From assembly GCF_001194135.2 (NCBI RefSeq), contig NC_068981.1:189454142-189494328 (forward strand): a stretch of 40,187 nucleotides of DNA, read 5' to 3'. The position numbers and the translations under genes are program-made. The DNA is from Octopus bimaculoides. Its lineage: Eukaryota. Shown here in pieces: positions 22,320 to 33,841 of this stretch (position 1 is its first letter; each line of letters begins with the position of its first letter). The notes beneath the pieces are model-generated. The model made no database searches. It saw only the letters and a program-made list of their open reading frames with translations, and was not told the DNA's origin.

Positions 22320-25130
22320 AATATTGACTTGAGGTATGTTCTTACCTTTACGATGTTCTGTCGTAAAGGTTATCACCAAGCTCAACTCTTCGACATTGAA
22401 CCATAGCGCTAAAACAACAATCAGGGAGATTTAGCAAGACTATGAATGAACCGAACTTCGTAATCTGTGTCACAAAAGTTAAAACTCTGTTGAATTGATA
22501 CTATCGATTACGCTTGATAGTCCAATAAATTGGGAAATCTTCCAGGAAAACTTGCTTTGGAGAAGCATCTTGACACTCACAAGAAGAGGTATCTTATAAC
22601 ATTGTCCAAGTCCAAGATCTGAAATGTTGATTTCCTTTGTAGTACGGGCATGAAAGAAACAGCATAAATTGAAAGGAAGTTCAGCTGACTTCGGCGAAAA
22701 TTCCTGTGTAGTTGTTAACTTAAATTTTCATTCAGATTGCCATTCACAAAGTGAATCAGCTGCTGCAGCGAAATTTGAAATAAATCGTGAATATTACTAA
22801 ACATGGAACATAATCTGCCATAGTCATTAAATAATGAAGAATTCATTCTAGCTGACAATCACATAAGATCTTCTTTGATACTATAGAACTTTTACCAGGC
22901 AGTGAATTTGCGAAACGTAGAATTTACACTTGAAAGCATTGATCTGATATCGTGATTGGCCAGTATTAGTAGTCATTGCAGTTAGTATTTATAGTTAGTT
23001 GACTTATCAGTTTCATGGACAATTATATCGTCTTGGTAAGTAACCACGCCAAGCAATTCACCAATATGGAAATTGATGGACGATCGAAATATTGCAGACC
23101 AAACGGATAATCCACAATTATGAAATGACACCAAACAATCCGAACGGCGTCTTGATAGTGGCTAATGAACTAGATTACACACCTAATGGAATTTGTAGAC
23201 AAGTGTTCTGTCTACTGATCTGCGAGAAGTATGTAGAATTATTCATTCAGCGTAAAGTATCCTCCAACTTCTCAGTAGAACAAATCAGTATTTACTTGAG
23301 AAAATACCCATTGATGTTGTGCGGAAGCTGCTACAGATTCGCAGAGTGACAACATAACTTTTTATGGAGGAAACAACATGAGTTACTCCTTTTCAAAATT
23401 CATCAAATATTACTGCTACTTGTATAAAGTAAATTTTGAGAGGCTCATGTAAAGTATAAACGAATGCACACCTTTACAAAATACTGAACCAACAGTAATT
23501 ACAATATTATCATTTAAAAAAATTAATTTGTGTGGAACTACCTTTTTATATAAAGTTAGTGAATTGCTTGGATGAAGAATATATCTTGCTACTAAGAGAC
23601 AAAGACATGTTTGAAGTACTTACGTCTCTGAGAGCCAATATCGTTAATCCATTTTGAGTGACTGAAATGTATAAGTTTGATGTAAAAACTTAGAAACAAC
23701 ACTCTGGCAAATCAAACAGAGGCGTATAAACGAATACTCGCCTACAAAGTCCATGAGATGTGTAATCTAATTCATTAACCGCTATCAAGACGCCGTTCAG
23801 ATTGTTTTGGTATAATTTCATAATTGTGGATTATCCGTTTGATTTGCAATATTTGTTATCGTAATTTTTCACTTGAAGTAAAGTTCCTCAAACCTAGCTA
23901 AACCTGTTATTGATTTAGTGACGCTGATGTTCATAATGATTGAAATATTGTCACACACGCATAATAACTTGTATCAAAAGTTAATAACGAATTAGTACTA
24001 TTGTTGTGTCGCGAGGCCGAGCATCAAAATCTTACAGCTTTAACAACCAGAATTAGACTGCACGTAAATCAGGCAATGTGGCCAGGATATTAACAATCCA
24101 CTTGCTGGAATATCACCCCATATTAGAGAATGTTCTCTTTTGTTCCAGTAGTTCACACGCTTATATCAGCAACAACGAAGCAGAAGTAAACAGACAAATT
24201 TCCTTGGTTGCAGATCAGTTCCAGGTTAAAAGAATCTTCGACTGGAATGACCAGAGCATTATTCCTGCCTCACATACGACGCTAATCTCTTCTGTTATTA
24301 ATGTAATTACAAACTACATTCATTCTAGCATACCGCTATACACGACTGGCAAGCAACGATGTATAAATATAAATAATATAATATACTTCGATGACAATAA
24401 TCGTTAATTAAACAACGATGGCTTTGGTTTATTAATGGGACAACACGCAGTCTATCGTAATACCACTACATCTAGACCCATCCGAACCTTATTCCACAGC
24501 TGGTTGATAAACAACAGCAATATAACCCTCCTTTTGGCATTTATCACATACAGTGTACATGAACTTACAGTTTGCTTGATTACTTCTCTCTCCCCTAGAA
24601 TAATAAGATCCACACCAGTGTTGTCGGTTCTATAAAGTCATTTTCGAAGGAGCTACTTTTAACTAGCTTACTTCGTTGGTAAAATTGCGATTTGACTGAC
24701 AGAAATTTGTTAATTAGGCATCTTCAACTTCCCCATAATACGATTTCACTATCTGGAATGTCTCTTTCTCTAACATGAAAAATCACTGATGTAAGTCGAT
24801 ATTATTCATTCCAGCAGCCAGGTATGCGCGGAGAATAATTTCCAGCTGATCCATAAAAGCGCATTTCATCGCTTGATTTTGTAATCGGCAATAAACTCTC
24901 GAATTTGGCTGGTCATTATTGTGAACAATAGAATGGAATTTCACACGTTCAACACCCTCAGCTTTTATTGATCAAAATTATTGAAGAACTTGGTATTTAA
25001 TTTCTGCATCACCTAGGTCGTTGAGTGGCTGTGCAAGTGTCTGGGATTTCGCAAGTGAATGTAAATTTCCATAGTTTGCCACATCTGTCCCGTTAGGCTT
25101 TGAGTCACAAAATAATAACAATCACCAGAA
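22320..25130 (-). mobile_element. Heavily decayed Gypsy/Ty3 LTR retrotransposon internal region (gag, probable protease, RT, RNase H)
   Basis: Manual minus-strand translation: gag VERVKFHSIV...LQNQAMKCAFMDQL (about 24850-24980); Zn-knuckle-like CKFMYTVCDKCQKEGYIA (about 24510-24570); RT LRIC...TYFSQI...LQIPL...ATIKTPFGLF...GVVTYQDDIIVH (23345-23010); YSRFISNF; RNaseH end HRKGKNIPQ (about 22330-22355). Many stops and frameshifts. Confidence 0.82.
23730..23862 (+). repeat. Inverted duplicate of the Gypsy RT segment at 23080-23215
   Basis: ctacaaagtccatgagatgtgtaatctaattcattaaccgctatcaagacgccgttcag...ttatccgtttgatttgcaatattt aligns with the reverse complement of 23080-23200. Confidence 0.85.
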
Positions 25131-25180
25131 AAATTAATCTACCTTCTAGATTAATACTGGTTAAAAACTTACCACTGTCG

Positions 25181-25300
25181 TCGATGAGCTGGTAGAATCG
25201 TTAGTGCATAGGACAAAATGTTTTAGCGTTTTTTCTTCCTGTTCTTTCGAATCCCACCGAAGTCACCTTTCGGGGTCGTACCTCCCTTTCCTCAAAATTA
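25181..25300 (+). mobile_element. Degenerate SINE family C copy
   Basis: gagctggtagaatcgttagtgc...ttcgaatcccaccgaagtcacctttcggggtcg. Confidence 0.6.
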
Positions 25301-25400
25301 TACCAGAATTAGGATTATTATTAAGTTTGCCCTTTGCTTTTGTTGAGTTTTTAGATGTTATAGGTTGTGGTGTCATTTAATGAGACTCCGTTCAGAAGGC

Positions 25401-25683
25401 TGTTATATTATTGTGGTAGGAACCCCGTAAAGAATGTATAAAACACAAGGTGGTAACTTTAAATACGTTTATTGTGGTCACACGTATATACACACAAGCT
25501 GAATGGAAGTGGTTGATGTACATTTGTTCCTATATCTACATGCATCTGCGTGGGTTGTATGTTAGCTGTTAACCCTGGTGAGGTAAACTCACGAACAGCA
25601 ATGTTAGAACCAGTGCAGTGTGTTGGTGCTGTGTAGATGCTGGCGACGTTGGTGAGAGACATTAGTGGTGGCGACGAAGATGG
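25401..25683 (+). mobile_element. Putative LTR (TG...CA, 25401-25661) followed by a tRNA-Ser-like primer binding site
   Basis: Starts tgttat, ends gagaca; TGGCGACGAAGATGG at 25669-25683 is one mismatch from the complement of a tRNA-Ser 3' end (TGGCGACGAGGATGG, from memory). The LTR-PBS spacing (7 nt) is longer than usual. Confidence 0.45.
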
Positions 25684-25704
25684 AGGTCGCTGCAACGTGG
25701 TCAG

Positions 25705-26318
25705 TGGTTAGACCTTAGAAAATCTAGAACTAACTGAATTTCTTTATTCGCCTATAAAAGGCATATATAGAAGGTACAGAACAGGGGCGGGGACGAAACA
25801 AGGACAATCTTATAGAGGGCTGGGTTACAATCATTTAAAATTTGGATGAAATCCGGAATGATAAATGCAATCTTAAATCGAAAAATGAAAATGCAATTAA
25901 AATCCAAAATGAAAAACGCAATTAAAAATATAACTACAGAATTATATAGTTCAAGGGTTCATTTTTAACCCGCCGGGTATTTCCTTTTTCTTTTATTTCT
26001 TTTATTGTTTTGTTTTTACTTTCTTCTTTTCGTTTTGACCGGCTACACTAACAGTCTAGAACTAACTGACCCCGAGGCTAGGAAGAGGCGAGCTTTTATA
26101 GCTGACGGGTAGGCTCAAATGCTGGTTTGGAACAGGCTCAAATGCTTGTTTGAAGGCTGCGATTGGTTGGGCTGCATATTGGCGTGCGGTAGAGTAAGAG
26201 ACAAATTGCACCAAATCAACCAATCTGAGTGGTAGACACAAGGGGGTCCAAAACAGCGCCCAAAGGTTAGCTGTTACTTGCTACGTTCGTAAGTATGTAA
26301 TATGAGAAGTTCGCTACA
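25705..26318 (-). mobile_element. LTR-like segment(s), minus strand
   Basis: Minus strand begins tgtagcg (26318), has CCAAT boxes, a 23-bp direct repeat (26111-26156), TATA ctataaaag (26094-26102) and AATAAA. The motif tctagaactaactga occurs at both 25723 and 26055; a second tgtaac...cca unit spans 25705-25829. Confidence 0.4.
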
Positions 26319-26815
26319 AGTTGGTTTCTGGTAGGTGGATTAGTTGGTTTGCTTACGCGCTGCTCTCAAATAATACCAACGAAAATATTTAGATTTTATT
26401 AACTTGTTAATTTACAGATTGACGTTATACTGAATACTAATAGCTAATGGGCGAATATGTCTTCATGCTTGGTGAGAGGAAGAAATGTTACGTCTTCGTG
26501 CTTGGTGCGAGGAGATGTTTTTTTCACGAGGTCGGAGAGGTTTGGCAGCAGGATAACCAAGAAAACTTGTACGAGTCCGCTTGATTCCTCTGCGTGGTAT
26601 TTCTCGTGAATCTCAATTTATAACCATGATTTTAGCGAGAAACCGCATGGGACTTTCCGTTAATCTTAACGCCACACAAATAGGCCAGAACAACGATTGA
26701 CTGAAATATGCGTCGGAATCGCCTGATAAAGACCGCCCACCCCCTAAATATGGAACTTGATGTGCTGTGGTCTTTTCTTGTTACTGAAGTGACACGGTTT
26801 CGAATTCTTGGTACT

Positions 26816-26864
26816 GCTACACTTTAATTTATATAAGCTACACTTTAATTTATATAAGCTACAC
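26816..26864. repeat. 21-bp tandem duplication (gctacactttaatttatataa x2.3)
   Basis: Directly visible. Confidence 0.95.
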
Positions 26865-27110
26865 CCATGTCCTAACTAGACACGTTGAGAGGCAACAAGT
26901 TTTTGCATCTAAAGATGCGAACAGGTGAGGTGCCACGCGATTGAAAACTGATGTGTCTTTATAAAATTTATAACAAAACTGAATGAATAAGATTGTATTA
27001 ACATGGAGCGGAATTTACATAAAATATGTGAGGTACCCAGAAGTATGATCTTTTACAATTTAGTTATTTTGGGGCTTTTATTAAGACCCGTTAGAAGGTT
27101 CTAGAAAGTT

Positions 27111-27250
27111 GAATCACGTGATGACTCAACGTTGATTGATTGATTGATTGGCCGACCACGTGAAATAATACTTATCTCAACCTGCATTCGCACGGCTGCC
27201 TAACGATTCAATGTTGAGTCTGCTATAAATTTAAAGACTTAGAGCAGTGT
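27111..27250 (+). promoter_or_regulatory. Pol II promoter-like motif cluster
   Basis: CACGTG at 27115 (within palindrome ATCACGTGAT) and 27157; TGACTCA at 27122; ATTGG (reverse CCAAT) at 27147; TATAAAT at 27224; locally CpG-richer than the flanks. Confidence 0.5.
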
Positions 27251-27897
27251 TATAGTTTAGATGTCTCCAAGACAACTTGTGTAGAGGTAAAACATACATA
27301 GCTATGTGCATCGAAAATATAACTAGCAATATTAGGTTTTACAGGAAATAGCGAATCAAATTATTAACAATATCATTAAAAGCAAGCTTTAGACAAATGT
27401 TATTTTGATTTGAATACCCTGTTTGATAGAGAAAGATAGTAAATTCGGCCATAGAATTTCTTTCTAATGTAATATTTACTGATTTCATGTCTTTGTTTTT
27501 ATATCTGTACTTTCACGATTTCTCATAAAATATCAATAAACTTTGGCAAATGAATGCTATGAAAACGATCATAATAACTGGAGAAATACTAACTTTATTT
27601 ATTAGTCATCATCAAGTACAAAAGAAATATCAGTAGGACATGAATTTGCTCCAAATCTAATTTTTCCTTGGTCAGGCAGTTTTATTACAAACTACGCAAA
27701 ACTTTAAAATGATAATTAATGTCACAATATCTTTAACGGAATCTTTAGTCTCTAGAACGATTTTCTTTTTGTTTTGATCTAACTACTGTAAGATAGTTTA
27801 CAATAAATTGAATGAGACATTATGATACTTGAAAAATTTTAGTGGCTAACAAAAGTAATTCCAGAAAGGTAAGTTACTATATACACACACTTACATA

Positions 27898-28270
27898 CAA
27901 GGCGTTTTTGAAATGGCCATTACTCAGTCCCAGCGGGAGAAATATATATCTGATAGGTACCATTCGGTCCGTGGTGTTTTAGTATTTCTTTTTCTTTTCA
28001 GCTGAAGCCATGGTTCTGTGGACGATAGAGCACTGCAAGTCTGCCCACGATAGTTACGTGAAGAATAACGAATTTGTCACCACAGTTCAGCGTGAGTTTC
28101 GGTGCCTTCAGAAATGCATCTATGAAAACGGACACTACATGATGGATGTTGTTTTCCACACTTAATTTCGCCAAATTTAATTCAATACGAACACATTAAT
28201 GACAATAAAATTTGTTTGCAGCTAAAATTAATGATCTTGTGAATTTTTCAAAAACGTCCGTCCTCTTTGT
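27898..28270 (+). mobile_element. Internally deleted rosa-like mariner element
   Basis: Terminal remnants gcgtttttgaaa (27905) and its complement ttttcaaaaacgtcc (about 28245); encodes transposase N- and C-terminal sequence. Confidence 0.7.
28010..28165 (+). CDS. 51-aa mini-ORF: mariner transposase N-terminus fused in frame to its C-terminus (expression unknown)
   Basis: MVLWTIEHCKSAHDSYVKNNEFVTTVQREFR + CLQKCIYENGHYMMDVVFHT*. The N-part resembles the rosa-type helix-turn-helix start; the C-part resembles CEAENGCYLSDVIFHL* at about 7710-7762. Context GCCATGG. Below the ORF-track length cutoff. Confidence 0.35.
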   Translation: MVLWTIEHCKSAHDSYVKNNEFVTTVQREFRCLQKCIYENGHYMMDVVFHT

Positions 28271-28324
28271 CCTCTGTGTGTGAGTGTGTGTGTGTGTGTG
28301 AGAGAGAGAAAGAGAGGGTGTGTC

Positions 28325-28381
<57 letters not shown>

Positions 28382-30150
28382 GAACCTGTTTTAATTATAT
28401 ATATATNNNNNNNNNNNNNNNNNNNNNNNNNNNNNNNNNNNNNNNNNNNNNNNNNNNNNNNNNNNNNNNNNNNNNNNNNNNNNNNNNNNNNNNNNNNNNN
28501 NNNNNNNNNNNNNNNNNNNNNNNNNNNNNNNNNNNNNNNNNNNNNNNNNNNNNNNNNNNNNNNNNNNNNNNNNNNNNNNNNNNNNNNNNNNNNNNNNNNN
28601 NNNNNNNNNNNNNNNNNNNNNNNNNNNNNNNNNNNNNNNNNNNNNNNNNNNNTATGTATGTATGTATCATCAATCGATAATAGGGCCCCTGGAGAGGATC
28701 CTTATTTATATAGCCAAGAGAAAGGGAAATAACCCATTCATTTTCCTAAATCATTTGGTATAAATCAAATTGAGTATACTTATTTCTTAGTATTTGAACA
28801 AATAGAGACATTTTTACTGTTTTGTTCTTACTGTCCTGTTTTTGTTACCACTTTAATCCTCTGCAAAAAATCCCAAATTTTATTTAATTTGCTTTGAGGG
28901 AAGGACTGTTTTAACGAAGTCGCATCTTATCCCTACCTTCGAAATGCGGAGTAGATAAAACAGGGGACAATTGATGAAGGGAATGTTCTCTATGTTGCCT
29001 GTCTCTCTTCTCTATTTGTTTCTTTCGTTGTTCGAAAAAAGTTCATTTTCTATGTTTTTGTTTTTTGTTTTCGTTTCTCATTTTGTTCACGTTTATTTGA
29101 TGTCCTGTACCCATATATGCATGTATATATACATATATATGTAGGTATGTACATATATGTATGTATGTATGTATATATGCATATGTTTATTTATTATTTA
29201 TATTATTATATGATCGAATGCCACGCATCCTTTTCCAAGTACGTTTTATCTCTCTCTATATATATATGTAAAGATAGCTAGCTAGCTAGCTGGATAGATT
29301 GATATTGTAACTTGTTTGAAATATATGAAACAAAATCATTTAAACAAAGGTAATACATCAAAGAAATGTTGAAAACCATATGAAACAATATTTTATCTAA
29401 ACCCACTTATAATCTGTTAATTCTGGTGAAAATACTGTTTTAGAAAAAGAAATAAGATCAGGAAAGGGTTTTTGTAGATTTTATATCCTCAACATAAGAA
29501 AGCAAGTTTGCATCAAAAAGACCGGTTCTCTTCAGTGCTAGGAAACACTTCAGGCTTCCAACAATTATTTAATATTATACAAAACACAAGTGATATTCAC
29601 CAACGAACATTGCCCTCAAATTGTGGTACAGTGCTGCTCCAACATTTATAGATATTCCTGTCCATGCTATCAAACAACCATCTGACTAATTGAGGCAAAG
29701 CAATTCAGTAACACATTCTAATGTCTCATCCTTCCTCCAAAATCTGTCGTTTGAAAGAGATCATGTATTTGAACCATCAAGCTCTTCAAATGCATTTTTT
29801 GCTTAGCCACAATTTCACATTTGTTTTACACTTGTAGTTTCCTGATATACAATACAGTTAGTTATGCTCTGGATATCAAAGTGACAAAACATGGTATTTA
29901 TTTAACAATTTCAGTTATTTTCACTTTAATTTGTTCTACTTCTGTGGTGTTAAATGGCTCTGTTACACAACAAAATGACTTTTCTTGGAGAAACACTTGT
30001 AGAATAATGATTATAATTCAGGTTAGTATAGAATATTCTGATACAATATTGATATGAATACATCATTTGATTAACAGTCGAATGTTATAAATTGTGGCCT
30101 CCAGCCATCTGATATATAACATTTGTTTTTGATATACACGTAAGTATAAC

Positions 30151-30450
30151 GATCTAGACATTTTAAAGAGAGCCAATACAAGACCACTTAGGGAAATCAT
30201 CACAGAATGAAGATTAAAACTAGCAGGTCACATACTCCGACTACCAGAACAATGCCATTCAAAAACACACGGACACCACCAGAGGGGAAAAAAGAGGGAA
30301 AGACAGAAAACTACTTAGTGGAGAACATTCTTAACTGACATGTGAGAGGCTGAAGTCACATGGCCAGACATAAAGAAAACTACAACCAACAGAAATCAGT
30401 GGTGTCAGCTTGCTGCCCAATGTGCTTGAGGGCACAGGAAGAACTAGGTC
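30151..30450 (+). pseudogene. RTE-clade LINE ORF C-terminal fragment
   Basis: ILKRANTRPLREIITE*RLKLAGHILRLPE...GKKRERQKTT*WRTFLTDM...NRNQWCQLAAQCA*GHRKN*, a typical RTE C-terminus with several stops. Confidence 0.8.
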
Positions 30451-30510
30451 AAATATCAAAGTATTTCTAGTTGCATAGAGCTTTCGATATATATATATGA
30501 TGATGATGAT

Positions 30511-30767
30511 CATCATCATCATCATCACCATCATTCAATGTCCAGTTTCCATGCTGGCATGGGTTGGATGGTTTGGCAGAAGTTGGCCAGCCAAAAAGCT
30601 GCATCAGGTTCCAGCTGTCTGTTTTGGCATGGTTTCTAGGGCTGGATGTCCTTTCTAACGCCAACCATTTTACAGAGTGTACTGAGTACATTTTATATGG
30701 AACTAGTACAGGTGCTTTATATATGAAACCAGCACGGAGACTTATAGGGGTACTGGTGCCGTCGTCG

Positions 30768-30807
<40 letters not shown>

Positions 30808-31125
30808 TTAACGTCTGTTGTTCATGCTGGCATAGATTGGACGGTTTCACCGGGCTGGCATGCTGGAAGGCTGCACCAAGCGCCAGTCTGATTTCACAAG
30901 GTTTTCTACTGCTGAATGCTCTTCCTAATGCCAACCACTCTGAGAGTGTAGTGGGTGCTTTTACGTGCCACTAGCATGGGTGTCAATTTGCATGACACCG
31001 GTATCTGCTACGACAACAATTTTGCTTGGTTTGATGGGTCTTCTTCTTAAGCAAAACATAATGCCAAAGGTCTTGGACATTGCCTCCGTGAGGCCCAACA
31101 TATCTTTGGTGAAACATATTTCTAG
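30511..31125 (-). mobile_element. Two tandem family B copies; the second extends into RTE-like coding sequence
   Basis: Tails at 30511 and 30761; minus strand 31078-31101 reads MLGLTEAM. Confidence 0.75.
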
Positions 31126-31559
31126 TCATGTCAACTTATTCATGTGTTTGAGGTTGTCAAGTAAACAAGAATTAGTTATATTGTTCCTTAGACTCAAGTC
31201 CTTCTGGAAGGGGCAGACTTGGATACCAAAGACTGTCCTTTCTGAAATATTTTCTGTTTCTGAAGAGGAAGGCTAATTTTTTGATTTGCAAATGTTGCTT
31301 TTATGAACATAGGGCTGCTAGGGGGAGGGGGTCACCAATGAAATTAGGGTCTGGCATTTATAGTTGTTTGGGGAGGATTTAATCACATTTTCCAATAGAA
31401 AAGAGTGTGAGGTCGAAAATTGCTTTCTGGATATGTACAGTCCCCCTTCTTTGTGCTGCTGAAAGGAGGCAAAACTATTATAATCCATTGTGAAATATTT
31501 TCAAAAATAATTAATCAGGGAGATATCTATGCATCCACATTGTTGTTAAGTGATTGTAA

Positions 31560-32005
31560 ATCATCATCATTATCGTTTAACGTCCGCTTTCCATGTTAGC
31601 ATGGGTTGGACGATTTGACTGACAACTGGCGAACCAGAGGGCTCCAATCTGATTTGGCAGAGTTTCTACAGCTGGATGCCCTTCCTAACGCCAACCACTC
31701 CGAGAGTGTAGTGGGTGCTTTTACGTGCCACCGGCACGAAGGCCAGTCAGGCACGAAGGCCGACCACGCTCAGAATGGTGTATTTTATATGCCACCTGCA
31801 CAGGAGCCAGTTCAGCAACACTGGCAACGATCTCGCTCGAATGTTTTGTTCACGTGTCACTGGCACAAGTGCCAGTAAGGCGATGCTGGTAACGATCACG
31901 CTCAAATGTTGCTATTTACGTGCCACTGGCATGAAAGCCAGACAGCTGCTCTGGCAATGATCATGCTTGGACGGTGTTCTTAGCGCTCCACTGGTACAGG
32001 TGCCA
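31560..32005 (-). mobile_element. Family B retroposon with internal tandem units
   Basis: catcatcattatcgtttaacgtccgctttcc...repeated gtgccactggca units. Confidence 0.85.
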
Positions 32006-32099
32006 ACATGATGTAAAATAAATATTAAAGTTTACCTCAGGCTGTGAGGCCCATTAGGCTTGAGTTTATCCTACTTTCCATGGTATTTAACCATTGTGG

Positions 32100-32381
32100 A
32101 TGATGCTAGTGCTGCCTGACTGGCACCCATGCCAGTGGTACATAAAAGCACCATTCAAGCGTGGTCAATGCCAGTGCCACCTAATTGGATCCTGTGCCAG
32201 TGGCACATAAAAATAACTCACAACACTCTCAGAGTATTGGCATTAGAAAGGGCATCCAGCTGTAGAAACTTTGCCAGATCAGATTGGAGCCTGGTGCGGC
32301 CTCCTGGCTTGCCAGTCTTCAGTCAAACCGTCCAACCCATGCCAGCATGGAAAGCAGACATCAAACGATGATGATGATGAT
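32100..32381 (+). mobile_element. Family B retroposon
   Basis: ggcattagaaagggcatccagctgtagaaac...catggaaagcagacatcaaacgatgatgatg. Confidence 0.85.
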
Positions 32382-32671
32382 TTCTAATGACATACGTTAC
32401 CTTCATTTAAATTAATTTTGAAAATAATGAAGAATTTAGTAAAATAACTTAATAGCGAAGCCAGCTTTGTGAACGGCCAGCTTCAGGCAACACTTTTGTG
32501 AAGATAACACTTTTCATGGAGATTTAGGTAGGGGCGGGAGTGGGGGAATAAACTAAAGGGCTACCACTCTAGTTATGCCACTGAACTAAGTCCTTATCAA
32601 CCTGGTATTTGGAATATAGATTAATTTGAAATTTTTATGAATGATTTTAATTTAGATTATTTTAAAACAGT

Positions 32672-32868
32672 GTAAAAGCACTCATTACACTCTCAGAGTG
32701 GTTGGCGTTAGGAATGGCATCCAGCCATAGAAACCATGTCAAATTAGACTGGAGTCTGGTGCAGCCTTCCAGCTTGCCAGCCCTGGTCAAACCGTCCAAC
32801 CCAGACCAGCGTGGACAACAGACGTTAAATGATAATGATAATGATGATGATGATGATGATAATGATGA
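32672..32868 (+). mobile_element. Family B retroposon
   Basis: cactctcagagtggttggcgttaggaatggcatccag...gacgttaaatgataatgataatgatgat. Confidence 0.8.
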
Positions 32869-33004
32869 GAAGGTTGGATCCTAGAACCAGGGCCAGTTCC
32901 AGGTGGTTTGGTATCAAAAGAGTTAAAAGACTGAAGGTTCAAGATTTCCCCTTAAATGAGATTCCGATCTATTGCACGATTAATCACAAATAACTGATAG
33001 TCAT

Positions 33005-33105
33005 TAGTGCTCATTTTCAGCTGAATGGTATGCAGCAATATGAAATGAAGTGTCTTGCTCAAGAACACAACATGCTAACTCATCTGAGATTTGAACCCAG
33101 CCACA
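33005..33105 (-). mobile_element. Old tRNA-derived SINE, family D (V/Deu-like central motif)
   Basis: Minus strand gggttcaaatc...gttgtgttcttgagcaagacacttc; related copy at about 38640-38720. Confidence 0.5.
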
Positions 33106-33429
33106 GCTATTACTTTTGAGCCCAACCCTAACCTACTACACCACATGTACCTTCACATGATATTAAGTTAAGCCTATCTATATATGTTACATTCTTTATA
33201 TTACAAACCAGTAATTTTCCAAATGTTTGCAATAATTTATACTTCATTTTATAGAAGACAGTCTGAGAAAGCGAGAAGAGTTGAGAAAGTTGATGAAGAT
33301 GATATCTATAAAGCCAAAACTGGAAAATCAGAATATTCTTATTATAGTCATTTCTGATAATCAAATGAGAAAATTGGAAATAAATGCTTTTCCTCTTCAT
33401 CAGAATACACACCTATACCTACATACTTA

Positions 33430-33753
33430 AACACATACAAAAACACTCACACACATATATATATACATACATATATACATACATATATACATACATATAT
33501 CTGTATATCTGTCTATACATATATACATATGTACATACATACATATGTATATCTATATACAGATATATATAGATATAGATATACACATATAAGTACAGAT
33601 ACATATATACATATATACATATATATATATATTTATATATCTATATCTATATATATATCTATATACATATATATATATATATATATATGTATACGTATAT
33701 ATGTATATGTATATATGTATATATATACATATATATATGCATATGTGTTTGTG

Positions 33754-33841
<88 letters not shown>

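Noticed and set aside
24078-24407. Plus-strand ORF with a faint resemblance to integrase (SNNEAE)
   Set aside because: The position between gag and RT on the minus strand and minus-strand residues fit a decayed protease better; no convincing DDE or HHCC motif.
28680-29260. Probable unclassified interspersed repeat; searched by eye for a Penelope hammerhead (CTGATGA...GAAA) here and across the window
   Set aside because: No hammerhead core with a closable stem II was found (for example ctgatgaagaggaaa, minus strand about 33390-33404, is too short); the family cannot be assigned without a library.
32390-32930. Possible TTAA-ended non-autonomous DNA element fragmented by later insertions
   Set aside because: The right end (ggtatcaaaagagttaa) is suggestive but the left end is too degenerate to verify a TIR.
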